A DNA stretch of 64,000 nt, taken from the NCBI GenBank assembly GCA_028282585.1, contig JANQHR010000028.1:13957-77956 (forward strand), written 5' to 3'. This DNA is from Bacteroidales bacterium. GTDB lineage: Bacteria > Bacteroidota > Bacteroidia > Bacteroidales > UBA12077. How positions within the stretch are numbered: position 1 is the stretch's first letter; the number at the start of each line of letters is the position of its first letter. Under the pieces are notes generated by a model. It had not been told where the DNA came from, did no database searches, and worked only from the letters and a program-made list of their open reading frames with translations. The position numbers were made by a program, and so were the translations under genes. Shown here one piece after another: positions 56,301-64,000 of the stretch.

Positions 56301-56858
56301 TGCAACAATATAAATTGCCGAGTAAGGATCAGGATTATATCCTAAATCGTTATCCCAATGCGATTGAAAAGGTACTATAAAATCTTTACCAACTGCATTT
56401 TCTGCCTTCAAAGCCCATATATCTCTATTATAGTATTCTTCTACTTCATAATAAACAGAAATATTGTCTGTAGATTCAATATGTATTCCTGTTTCATATG
56501 GAGGAGGATTTATAGGGTGAGTCGTTTCAATAAGCGATTTAATACTAGACAAATCAATTGAGTAATATTCCTGAGCACCCATAGTAAATTCTTCGATAAC
56601 ATAACCTGCACCACCATTGTAAGCAGGTATCTCAACTTTTATATCAGCACCCACGTCTGTTGTAGCAAACCTTAAATAAATTGGCTCATCTCCAGGGCAA
56701 CCACCACCTGAACAATGCCCCGAAGTTAAATCAGGTGCAGCAAACCAAAATTCTGTACCAGTTTGTGCAAATGATTCATTTGATAATATAAAAATAGTTA
56801 TCAAAAAAAATGCGTATTTTAGTAATATATTTTTTTCTATATTAATTTTCGTCAACAT
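50358..56858 (-). CDS. Giant PKD-repeat cell-surface protein with T9SS type B (gliding-motility-associated) C-terminal domain, SprB-like class; start probably Met-14 of the listed ORF (ORF extends to 56897)
   Basis: MLTKINIEKNILLKYAFFLITIFILSNESFAQ looks like a signal peptide. The N-terminal ~480 aa begin GTEFWFAAP (IgGFc-binding-like). More than 15 PKD-like units follow (W.FGDG....P.H.Y). The C-terminus reads FPNAFTPNN..ETF.P......YELFVYNRWGELIF...GWDG......PDVYVW......G....GDVTLIR. Confidence 0.85.
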   Translation of the reverse strand: MLTKINIEKNILLKYAFFLITIFILSNESFAQTGTEFWFAAPDLTSGHCSGGGCPGDEPIYLRFATTDVGADIKVEIPAYNGGAGYVIEEFTMGAQEYYSIDLSSIKSLIETTHPINPPPYETGIHIESTDNISVYYEVEEYYNRDIWALKAENAVGKDFIVPFQSHWDNDLGYNPDPYSAIYIVATKDNTEVEVVLTQPDTDGNAAGVPFTITLPRKGMTYKIEAAGNLGAEHMGGSTLTVTNDGEIAVTVGDDSIIQGGCRDVNGDQIIPTELAGYEYIVMKGPITAANVERAFIFPTVDGTEIFIDGVSIGIYDIDNPATVVITDATHIAGDNPILVYHVTGFSCELGGSILPTIDGCTGSLQVTYYRSNTDPFYLFLMTKKGYEDSFQFHYADGSIFNLPDTWFVEVGTTGWMVLDHANNRDFFDHSPGGGIPEDEATKIVNTEDVFHMGVVNGGNSTTCKYGYFSDFKEGIVSGRVVQSASAIGEVCENNPLQLFASGGLNYLWSPSDYMDDPTSATPYVTLPSGPHSYEVTIDRPCLPDTTIDVFINSIPTPEASFTLSDYSVCAPFELKIYNNSDPTSNQQNWNFDYDNNPYVFDTVTTDPVDTITHWFYNNTNHDTTFNIRLLVRQTSPINPCVDTFFNEIHVKPEIYAGFDQNNLIGCNPLFVDFTDTSSGNLDQYKWSFGDGAQSTEASPDHTYQHVYTNDTIDYEVELVVTSPYFCKDTAQEVVSVFPYLEGGFTIDKDEGCSGYNVRIENVSSGADSIFLDYGDGEIDTLLSFTSINHAYYNNDGVDKVDTNIIVMRVKNNEGCEFISRDTILVYPEIQANFSFDPYNNCNSDTVIFHNNSNNGVHKASRYLWDFADGTGMDTTYTTIEKFYNNTTTRKKDYDFRLTARSVYGCTDDTTGTITMYRAAANFTVDNNEGCSELPVRVTNISVGDEIDIWDWDYGDGIGIDSVENPFQYIYSNPGFENDTNYLVLEVSEALGGCSTKDSIEIVVFPGVRATYTTTLTSVESCDSLVAEFDSDLFHPSLTNIIYEWDFGDGGSSAAADTVRVYRNLLSSSSVQREVKLRVETDMGCSYDTSSFITVYPMVRANISIDQNVGCSPLIVDVSAQSYPGNDSYNWDYGDGSGTSTFQNPPAYSSYPANQSYLREPAGDAKYWLLLEVEDQYNECLDRDSVEITIYSETFADFIPQNAEDCNPFLVNFTDQSAANVDTWKWDFADGTSSSDSIPSNEFENLGSGDEIYGVQLSVTSDRGCTDSISYNVTVFPYVEADFDVDVSEGCSPLTVNITNNSIATEYFWFWDDDDLTLGNADSNSPNPILHEYTYTNGGFRTDYLTLIVGNGEGCYDTLKRPIRIHSSIDASFVFSQPDSCTISLVTFDASGTSPAASAYKWDFGDDTYLTTTSPTVVNRPLENLETDNKDFLVRLTAETDYGCTDTYSDLVTVYSRLVADFSIPQGASCPPFTNALIENTSVGNNLNTYQWFVDGSVTPDFTSTGESPFVRTYDNTDHLSERDYSIRLLATNPHGCTSEYIDTITVYEYVEASFSMDVDEGCTPLNVDFTDLSSVPVNTKYTWDYGDGASSGSTDPDHTYYNPSREESLIRTIELKVESLNGCKDETTQTVEIFNQPLAKFYISKTTSCPPLQATLSNLSEGADFFEWRFDDGNTNSIDNNLLYEWDNTDINFEQTYKLQLWVSTNNNCIDTSNLDLTVFPKVDADFTIDNDAGCSPLENVQFTNTSTSPATRFFWSFGDGTTTNIENPQHNFTNIGISDRIYNIFLQASSAQNCWDTITKPVTVYVQPEAEFYVDPVLLTFPDNVVAFDNKTNTGPFTYLWEFGNLDNSTSEEEEPGSFEYGHWGEKVIQLSATSQTNTECTSTFSDTILIQPPLVNADFITDKDGGCWDGGLEVQFTAASSAYAEEYEYEWDFGDGGTGTGQVTSHIFESTGTYNVQLTAKSTEGAGEDFAYKKIYVYDNPEVSFEVSPTLAMLDASTLEARVKFFNTSLCNDTSGCAYTWDFGDGNTAISKDVTHGYTELGKYDVTLLAVTANGCRDSLTLYEEVEIIGAGEIRFPNAFTPNNSGPEMNETFRPLAEGVIEYELFVYNRWGELIFTTKDLSVGWDGTIGGEMAKPDVYVWKAQGKFTNGRSFELAGDVTLIR

Positions 56859-56951
56859 TTTTTTGCTTTTTACGTATAAAATTTTACCGGTTATCAAATT
56901 AAACGAAAAAAACTAGATTAGGTTATTATTTTTTAACTAAAAAATCACAAC

Positions 56952-59900
56952 ATGAAAATCAAATATACGTTTTTTTTCTTGATTTTTATTGCATTAAATG
57001 CTGTAGGACAAGGAGATATTTTCTTTAGTGAGAATTTTGATTCTACATTTAAACCTATTGATTGGACTTACGAATACGTAGAAGGAGCTATAGACTGGAA
57101 GTTCCAAAATGGAGGTTACAATTTGTCAGGAGTACCTGGTGGAGGGGTTCCTCCTTTTGCATATCAGGGAGAAAATAATGCAGTTTTTAATTATGTGAGT
57201 TTATCAGATGAAACTACTAAACTAATTACACCATCAATCAATATGGAATTTGGTATAAAGCCAGAACTAAGATTCTGGCATGCGCAAGCAACCAAATTTG
57301 GAGGAGGAACTGATAATTTAAAAATATATTATAAAAACGATACCAGTACCAATTGGAATTTAATACAAGAATATGTATCTGAAGCTACGGATTGGGTAGA
57401 AAGAATAATTCAGTTACCAGACTCAACTTTAACTGATAATTATTACATTGCTTTTGAAGGCATTACCAATAACGGTTTTGGAACCTGTATCGACAGTATG
57501 ATTATAATAGAAACTGGAATTATTGGCAAAACTATTGAATCTGTAATTGTCAGTCAATCAAGTACTAATGAAGTGCCGACATCGTCAAATCTCAATAAAA
57601 TATTGAGGATTGATTTTAAAGTACAAGGTAATGACGGTGCTATGATATTAGATTCAATAGCTTTTAGCTCATTAAACACGGATGATAATGACATAAGTTC
57701 TAATGGTGTCAGACTATATTATTCGGAAGACACTTTATTCCTTAATAGTGAGGAAAAAACAACAGGTAATTTTATTAATGGAAAAATATCTTTTGACGAA
57801 TTAAATATCATATTACCAACAGGATTTTCCTCCGTATGGTTGCTTTACGATATCAAGGATGATACACAACATAATATGCAAGGCCATATCTTAGATGCAT
57901 ATGTTCCTGAAAATGGAATTAAGATCAACAACTATTATTATCCATTTATCGATAAATCGCCTGAAGGAGAACGAAAAATAGTTGAGTCTATTTTTAATGA
58001 TGATTTTGAAACAGATAAAAGTTGGACAAGAACGCCGGAATTTGAAAGAGAGACTCCACTTGGTTATGGTGGAAGTCAAAATATTGGTAGTGTAGGAAAA
58101 GCCGACCCTTTTTATGCAACCTCTGGATCATATATAATCGGTACGGATATAACTGATGATGGAGACTATGAAAATAATTTAACTAATAGAAAATATCAAG
58201 CTTCAACTCCTAGTATTAATACCAAACATTATATAGATACTAAGGTATTTTTTAACCGTTGGATCAATGTACAAGTAACAGATAGTGCCTATGTGGACTT
58301 AAGTGATGATAACGGCAATACTTGGATCAACATTTGGCAAAATGAAAAGAATTATACCGAAGATAGTTGGAGTCAAATAGAATATAACATTAATAGTTAC
58401 GCTGATAGAGTTGATGAATTAAAAATTCGATTTGCACTCGGAGGTACTGACGATGCCTTCCCAATGAGTGGATGGAACATTGATGATTTTTTTGTTACAG
58501 GAAATTATTTATCCAAAGATGTAGGAGTAACCAAGTGGATAGCGCCATTAAGTGGGTGTGGCCATACAGATGAAGAATATGTTGAAGTTACTATACAGAA
58601 CTATTCAGGAGAAATTCTAATTGATCCACTGATTGTAAGTTATTCATTTGATGGTGGCACCACTATAAAACATGATACCATTCAAAATCCTAATATTGGA
58701 GTAGACGGTACATTAAATTATACAATTGACAAACCTGTTGATTTAACAAGTCCAGGTTGGTATAATGTATATGCCACAACAAATCTTGAAGGAGATGAAG
58801 ATAGCAGAAATGATAAACTAGACACTGTTTTATTTATAGCACCAACTTACAACTTACCGTATTCTGAAAACTTTGAAAGTAATTACGGTTATTTCTTTGA
58901 TGGGGGAATAAATTCAAGTTGGGAATACGGTATACCTAACGGAACAATCATTGATACAGCGGCATCAGGAACAAAAGCTTGGGTAACCAATTTAAACGGT
59001 AGTTACCAAAATAACGATTCTTCATATATTGAAACACCGTGTTTCAGTTTTGCAGGTTTGGATTCAATAATTCTTGAATTTAAATGTATTGGTATATCTG
59101 AGAATCAAACAGATGGACTTAATGTTATGTATACGGTTGATCATGGCACAACCTGGCATTTGGTACCAAATGATCATGATTTCTATTGGAACTGGTATAA
59201 CGAAACACATGTTAGTGCATTAAATGCTGCAGGTTTCGACGAAACTGGAAGTGAATGGATGCTTATGCGTCAGTTACTTCCATCAGAATTTAGCAATCAA
59301 AATTCTGTTAAATTCAGATTCTTATTCGAAAGTAGCGAATCAGCTATTTATGAAGGTTTTGGGATAGACGATGTAAAAGTTTATGAAGCTCCAGCCGATG
59401 TCGGTGTTAGTTCTTTTGTAGAGCCATACACAGCTTGCGAATGGAGTGACTCAACACAAGTAAAAGTTAATATTGAAAATTATGGTATAACAACTATGGC
59501 AGTAGGAAGTAAAATTCCGGTAGGGCTTGATTTCCAGGGAAGTCAATATATTATTGATACCTTGACTTTAGTCTCTTCGCTTGCTCCAGGTGCAACCGTA
59601 GAATTTACATTTACTGAAACTGTTGATATGTCAAATAATGGAGATTATGATTTCGTTGCCTATACATTATTAGAATCTAATCCTTATTTCTATAATGAGA
59701 CTATCAGTAATGATACAACTTCTGCAACAGTGAGAGTAGATGGTATGCCTAATTATGATTTAGGATGGATTGTAGGATCTGAGGATGTAGATACGCTTTT
59801 GGATGCAGGTGCAGGTTATGATGATTATTCATGGTTTTACGGAGGGGGAGAAGTAGCAACAACTCAAACCTATAGAGCTCAGGCTGAAGGTGTATATTAT

Positions 59901-62900
59901 GTTACGGTAACAAGAACAAACGTACTTACCTGTAATGCTAACGATTCGTTAAAAGTAGTTCAATCCTTGATTGATGTTAAAATGGATAGCATTAGGACTA
60001 CCTTGAAAGATTCTTGCTTGAGATTTGATTCTACAGAAATTTGGGCCGCTATATCAAATAAAAGTGTTCATTTCATAGATGGAGTAAATGATACAATTCC
60101 TTTTGGTTATAAAATAAATAATTTACCCGAAGTATATGATACTCTGTTTCTTGAAGGACGAGATCTAACCACCACGACACCATACGACACCATTTCATTT
60201 AAGTTTGAAACAAAATTTGACTTAACAGAAATTGGAGAATATACCATTAGCGTATTTACCAACTTCCTTGATGATCTAGATCGGACTGATGATACGGTTA
60301 AAACAACCATAAATACCTGGGGACTGCCAGATGTTGAATTGGCTTTCGACACTATTTATTCATCTCAAGCTGACACTTTGACCTTAGATGCGGGAGCAGG
60401 CTTCGCAACATATAATTGGAATTCGGGAAGTTCAGTTCAAACCGAAACTCCAACCAATAGTTCTTATTATTACAAAGTTACGGTTACAGATGTTAACGGG
60501 TGTGGTAGTGATAAGGATTCAACCTATATTGAAACTCATGATCTAGGAATAAGTGCAGTAACTTCACCTGTAAATATTTGCGAGAATTTAGCTTCAACCT
60601 CAGCACCACTAAATGTTGAAGTAGCAAATTATAGCAATAATGTTTATAGTAGCCCAACGACCGTTAAGATTTTCTACAATTTTGACAATCAGGGGTGGAA
60701 TGAAGTTAATCCGGAATTAAATTTAGGTGCCACTGATTCTACAATTTTAAATAATATTGCTACAATTGATGTTACTAATGTAGGTACCCATACTTTGAAG
60801 ATTTATACTTCATCAGATATTGATGCCAATCATTTTAACGATACCTTGGAATATGCATTTGAAACATGGGCCCTTCCAGATGTAAATCTTGCTTATGATA
60901 CTATTTTTACCAGAAAACCTGATACGGTAATTTTGGTAGCTCAGGAAGGTTTTGCAACATATGAATGGAGTGATGGAATTACATCAAACGACACTCTTGA
61001 ATTAAGTAACTTAACTTCTGAAAATTATATTGTAACCGTTACAGACATAAATGGTTGCGGAGAAGATAAAGATTCAACTCAAATTATTTCTTATAATTTA
61101 GGTATTACTTCGCTTTTCGCTCCTGAAAATGAATGTTCACATACAAATAGTGAGGTTGTAAAAATAACTGTTAAAAATCATGGAGCAGATACAATCCCAA
61201 GCGGTACAATCATCCCAATTAATTATGAATTAAATAATGAAAGTGCTGTAAGTGAATACCATACTCTAACTGAAGATCTAAATAGTCTTGAATCAGTTAC
61301 AATTTCATTTGATACAAAAGTTGATCTTTCTTCGGTAGATCTATATAAATTTAAAGCCTATATTGGTTATGAATTAGATGCTTATCGAAAAAACGATACG
61401 TTAATTGATGCAATCAGAACATATGGTTACCCAACTATTGATCTTGGTAATGATATTTATACAACGCAACCAGAAACTCTTATAATTACTGCTGATCCAG
61501 GATATAACAATTATTTATGGGATAACGGTAGCACCAATGATTCATTACAAGTTACGTATTTAGCTTCTCGTTCTTACTATGTTACGGTATATGATATTAA
61601 TGGTTGTACTGCAAATGATAGTGTTAATGTTTACACATACGATATTGCTCCAGTAAGCCTAACTTCTCCTGTTAGTCAGTGTGAATTAACAAGTACGGAG
61701 ACTTTAAACATTGATATAATCAATAATAGCCAGGATACTTTAGTAAATGGAGACCAAATCAATGTAAGTTATGTTCTTAACTCAGGACCTCCTGTTAATG
61801 AATCGTTTAACTTAACGGACACATTAAAACCAAATGAAACAATCAGTTATACTTTTACTCAAACAGCTGATTTATCGAATAATCAATTGCACGAATTCAA
61901 TATCTCTGCTCAATTTGCCGATTATGATGCGAAAACAAATGATGGTATTACTGCAAATGTTGATTACCAGAAACCGATATTTGATTTAGGAGATCCCGTA
62001 GTTACAGGAAGTTCGGAATATACAATTGATGCAGGCTCAGAATACACTGGTTATCTATGGTTTGATAATTCGAATAATCAAACATATACTGTAAATATTA
62101 ACGATCAGAATCCGAATCATTATTATGCTGTAACTGTTACTAACGCTGATGGTTGTGAAGCAAATGATTCAATTGAGGTAACATTTACTACTACCGCTGA
62201 TTTATCTGTTACGCATATGAGTTCACCTGATGATGACTGTTGGCAACAATCTCAAACCTATCCTGTAACCATTGAAATAAGAAATTCCGGAATAGTTAAT
62301 CTAAATCCGGGAACAAGTTTCACGGTTGGGTATACAATTGATGAGGGCACTCCTGTTACGGAAACATTTAATCTGTCAACAGCAATGGGTGCAAATGATA
62401 CGCGTACACATACATTTGAAGATGAAATATCATTTGATGCGCCTGAAATTTATAAATTTAAACCATTTGTAAAACTTACTGATGACGGAAATATTTCTAA
62501 CGATACATTAACATCCGGTACTTCTATTAACATTTCTGGTCCGGAAGTAGTATTAGGTCCAAGTGATACCTTATTTTTCACTACTCAACTTCAACTTTCT
62601 ACAAGTGTATCCTATTCTTCATATTTGTGGAGTACAGGAGAAACTACCGAAAGCATTATTATAACAGAGACAGGACGGTATAGTGTAACTGTTACTGATA
62701 TTTTTGAATGTCAAGGTGAAGGAGATATATTCTGTGAGAAAACTACAGGCATTGATAATATTATTTCAGGGAATGGATATGAGGTAATGTATTATCCTAA
62801 TCCGGCTTCTGATAAATTACTGATTGATTTCAAACTTAAAATACCAACGGATATAATTGTTGAAATAGTAAGTTCAAATGGTCAAGTAATTTATAATACT

Positions 62901-63023
62901 AAATTAAGTAATGTTGAAGATAGATTAGAAAGAATCGATGTTAATCAATTTGCGCATGGAGTTTATTACCTGCGATTAAATATTAATCAGGATATTTACA
63001 TTAGAAAAATAATTATCCAATAA
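56952..63023 (+). CDS. Giant multi-domain surface protein (MAM/choice-of-anchor-J-like modules, six ~185-aa CARDB-like + beta-sandwich repeat units) with T9SS type A C-terminal sorting domain
   Basis: It has the signal peptide MKIKYTFFFLIFIALNAVGQ. Three units start like 'F.ENFES/DF..W'. The periodic motif ...A/D(A)G..Y..Y.W..G......V...G.Y.VTVTD.NGC...D recurs every ~550 nt. The tail reads YYPNPASDKLLIDF...GVYYLRLNI. Confidence 0.8.
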   Translation: MKIKYTFFFLIFIALNAVGQGDIFFSENFDSTFKPIDWTYEYVEGAIDWKFQNGGYNLSGVPGGGVPPFAYQGENNAVFNYVSLSDETTKLITPSINMEFGIKPELRFWHAQATKFGGGTDNLKIYYKNDTSTNWNLIQEYVSEATDWVERIIQLPDSTLTDNYYIAFEGITNNGFGTCIDSMIIIETGIIGKTIESVIVSQSSTNEVPTSSNLNKILRIDFKVQGNDGAMILDSIAFSSLNTDDNDISSNGVRLYYSEDTLFLNSEEKTTGNFINGKISFDELNIILPTGFSSVWLLYDIKDDTQHNMQGHILDAYVPENGIKINNYYYPFIDKSPEGERKIVESIFNDDFETDKSWTRTPEFERETPLGYGGSQNIGSVGKADPFYATSGSYIIGTDITDDGDYENNLTNRKYQASTPSINTKHYIDTKVFFNRWINVQVTDSAYVDLSDDNGNTWINIWQNEKNYTEDSWSQIEYNINSYADRVDELKIRFALGGTDDAFPMSGWNIDDFFVTGNYLSKDVGVTKWIAPLSGCGHTDEEYVEVTIQNYSGEILIDPLIVSYSFDGGTTIKHDTIQNPNIGVDGTLNYTIDKPVDLTSPGWYNVYATTNLEGDEDSRNDKLDTVLFIAPTYNLPYSENFESNYGYFFDGGINSSWEYGIPNGTIIDTAASGTKAWVTNLNGSYQNNDSSYIETPCFSFAGLDSIILEFKCIGISENQTDGLNVMYTVDHGTTWHLVPNDHDFYWNWYNETHVSALNAAGFDETGSEWMLMRQLLPSEFSNQNSVKFRFLFESSESAIYEGFGIDDVKVYEAPADVGVSSFVEPYTACEWSDSTQVKVNIENYGITTMAVGSKIPVGLDFQGSQYIIDTLTLVSSLAPGATVEFTFTETVDMSNNGDYDFVAYTLLESNPYFYNETISNDTTSATVRVDGMPNYDLGWIVGSEDVDTLLDAGAGYDDYSWFYGGGEVATTQTYRAQAEGVYYVTVTRTNVLTCNANDSLKVVQSLIDVKMDSIRTTLKDSCLRFDSTEIWAAISNKSVHFIDGVNDTIPFGYKINNLPEVYDTLFLEGRDLTTTTPYDTISFKFETKFDLTEIGEYTISVFTNFLDDLDRTDDTVKTTINTWGLPDVELAFDTIYSSQADTLTLDAGAGFATYNWNSGSSVQTETPTNSSYYYKVTVTDVNGCGSDKDSTYIETHDLGISAVTSPVNICENLASTSAPLNVEVANYSNNVYSSPTTVKIFYNFDNQGWNEVNPELNLGATDSTILNNIATIDVTNVGTHTLKIYTSSDIDANHFNDTLEYAFETWALPDVNLAYDTIFTRKPDTVILVAQEGFATYEWSDGITSNDTLELSNLTSENYIVTVTDINGCGEDKDSTQIISYNLGITSLFAPENECSHTNSEVVKITVKNHGADTIPSGTIIPINYELNNESAVSEYHTLTEDLNSLESVTISFDTKVDLSSVDLYKFKAYIGYELDAYRKNDTLIDAIRTYGYPTIDLGNDIYTTQPETLIITADPGYNNYLWDNGSTNDSLQVTYLASRSYYVTVYDINGCTANDSVNVYTYDIAPVSLTSPVSQCELTSTETLNIDIINNSQDTLVNGDQINVSYVLNSGPPVNESFNLTDTLKPNETISYTFTQTADLSNNQLHEFNISAQFADYDAKTNDGITANVDYQKPIFDLGDPVVTGSSEYTIDAGSEYTGYLWFDNSNNQTYTVNINDQNPNHYYAVTVTNADGCEANDSIEVTFTTTADLSVTHMSSPDDDCWQQSQTYPVTIEIRNSGIVNLNPGTSFTVGYTIDEGTPVTETFNLSTAMGANDTRTHTFEDEISFDAPEIYKFKPFVKLTDDGNISNDTLTSGTSINISGPEVVLGPSDTLFFTTQLQLSTSVSYSSYLWSTGETTESIIITETGRYSVTVTDIFECQGEGDIFCEKTTGIDNIISGNGYEVMYYPNPASDKLLIDFKLKIPTDIIVEIVSSNGQVIYNTKLSNVEDRLERIDVNQFAHGVYYLRLNINQDIYIRKIIIQ

Positions 63024-63060
63024 TAAAAACGAAAATTTTCAAAGGCCTGTTTTGAGAGTG

Positions 63061-63098
63061 CACCCCAAAAGTCAGACACAACATTTGGGGTGTTTTTT
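63061..63098 (+). terminator. Rho-independent terminator after the 2023-aa gene
   Basis: CACCCCAAA-N14-TTTGGGGTG is followed by TTTTTT. Confidence 0.8.
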
Positions 63099-63663
63099 AT
63101 GAAACTATAATTTCTTCTAAACTTCTTTTTGGTACATGATGAACCTGACCAGAATCTCTGTAATATTTTATATTACCTATTTTAACACCCTCAATAACCA
63201 CTACTTCTTTTGGTTTGCCTATTGCTAATACCAGCAATATTTCAAAACGTTCATCAATACTTAAAAGTTTCGTAAGTTTTTCTCTTTGAACAGATGCAAA
63301 TATACAACCTCCTAATCCTTTTTCAACTGCTCCCAGCAGAATGCTCTGAGAAGCGATCCCATGGTCGCAATAATAATTTTTTGTAAGTTGAGTATCACCT
63401 AAAATTACAATATAACCGGATGGCCTTTCGCCTTCCTCTGGTCCGTTCCAGTCTTTTAGGTAACCTGCCCAAGCTAATGTGGAAAAAACTTTATCGTTGG
63501 TTTCTTTATCAGCCGATAAATAATATTTAAGAGGCTGCAGATTTCGTCCTGATGCAGATAAGCGCGCTAAGTCAACTAGTTCTTTTAATTCCTCAATTGA
63601 AATCTTATAATCTTCATAAAATCTTCTATAACTACGATTTTTATAAATTAATTCTTTTAACAT
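63097..63663 (-). CDS. Nitroreductase family protein
   Basis: 188 aa. The N-terminal ..RRSYRRF....I..E.L..L.....LSASG.N.QP pattern is typical of the family. Confidence 0.75.
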   Translation of the reverse strand: MLKELIYKNRSYRRFYEDYKISIEELKELVDLARLSASGRNLQPLKYYLSADKETNDKVFSTLAWAGYLKDWNGPEEGERPSGYIVILGDTQLTKNYYCDHGIASQSILLGAVEKGLGGCIFASVQREKLTKLLSIDERFEILLVLAIGKPKEVVVIEGVKIGNIKYYRDSGQVHHVPKRSLEEIIVS

Positions 63664-63674
63664 GATTTAGATAT

Positions 63675-63698
63675 AAAAAAACGGGCATGATGCCCGTT
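63675..63698 (-). terminator. Rho-independent terminator after the rubrerythrin gene
   Basis: On the minus strand, ACGGGC-atcat-GCCCGT is followed by TTTTTT. Confidence 0.75.
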
Positions 63699-63703
63699 CC
63701 GTA

Positions 63704-64000
63704 TTAATAATTTGTTTTTTCAATTTCAAAGTAAGCTTCCGGATGTGCGCAAACAGGACAATTTTTAAGAGCTTTCTTACTTTCATGAATATGACCACAT
63801 TTACGGCATACCCAACGCACCTTTTCTTCTCTTTCAAATACCTTACCTTCCTCTAAATTTGAAAGAAGCTTACGATATCTTGCCTCGTGTTCAGCTTCAA
63901 TTTTTGCAATAAGCTTATAAGCAGTTGCAATTTTTTTAAACCCTTCTTCCTCAGCAACCTTTGCAAATTCCGGATATAAGTCTGTCCATTCTTCATTTTC
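63704..64000 (-). CDS. rbr: Rubrerythrin, C-terminal part (5' end lies beyond the window)
   Basis: My own translation of the minus strand gives ENEEWTDLYPEFAKVAEEEGFKKIATAYKLIAKIEAEHEARYRKLLSNLEEGKVFEREEKVRWVCRKCGHIHESKKALKNCPVCAHPEAYFEIEKTNY*. This is a diiron helix followed by a CxxC...CxxC rubredoxin-like tail. It is absent from the ORF track because no start codon lies in the window. Confidence 0.8.
   Translation of the reverse strand, partial: ENEEWTDLYPEFAKVAEEEGFKKIATAYKLIAKIEAEHEARYRKLLSNLEEGKVFEREEKVRWVCRKCGHIHESKKALKNCPVCAHPEAYFEIEKTNY

Noticed and set aside
1-64000. Searched by eye for CRISPR arrays, tRNA/rRNA genes, integrases/transposases, toxin-antitoxin pairs and classic defence genes.
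   Set aside because: No regularly spaced direct repeats, no tRNA-like GC-rich cloverleaf segments and no recombinase, nuclease or helicase-type ORFs were found. The window is metabolic, envelope and regulatory in character.

Overview
AT-rich chromosomal segment that looks like an anaerobic member of the Bacteroidota. The clues are three cargo proteins with T9SS C-terminal sorting domains, a PorP/SprF gene, a TonB-dependent receptor, TAnnTTTG-type -7 boxes and no Shine-Dalgarno spacing. No rRNA, tRNA, CRISPR array, integrase or transposase was seen. From left to right the window contains: (1) a BNR/sortilin-type T9SS cargo gene cut by the window edge, a stand-alone proline dehydrogenase and a DNRLRE-type lipoprotein. 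(2) A six-gene minus-strand operon made of two complete NuoE/NuoF/formate-dehydrogenase-alpha modules whose Fe-S inventories clearly differ. (3) A small 4-Cys membrane protein followed by an orphan ParA plus ribbon-helix-helix pair. (4) A CzcCBA/CusCBA-type heavy-metal RND operon headed by a His-rich small membrane protein. (5) Two paralogous modules in inverted orientation, each a MacB/FtsX-type permease divergent from a sigma-54 response regulator and histidine kinase. They carry related but distinct palindromic operators, and they flank genes for DUF2834, HAMP-GAF, an MBL hydrolase, a TonB receptor and a second small membrane protein ending in RGPPS. (6) Two aldehyde:ferredoxin oxidoreductase (AOR-family) paralogs interleaved with a duplicated short ThiF-like E1 / 67-aa GG-terminated ThiS-MoaD-like cassette and a DUF364 protein. 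Both AOR genes are preceded by a 38/42-identical upstream element. (7) FtsB-like, GT2 and OmpH genes, then a PorP/SprF gene paired with a 2179-aa PKD-repeat type-B T9SS adhesin. That adhesin is transcribed divergently from a 2023-aa type-A T9SS repeat protein. (8) A nitroreductase gene and a rubrerythrin gene cut by the window edge. The best candidates for under-described biology are the AOR/ThiF/ThiS/DUF364 supercluster with its conserved operator, the asymmetric twin FDH modules, the permease-coupled sigma-54 two-component modules, and the RGPPS-tailed small proteins heading metal operons. All family calls come from motif recognition by eye. No database search was run, and percent identities are rough visual estimates unless a count is given.
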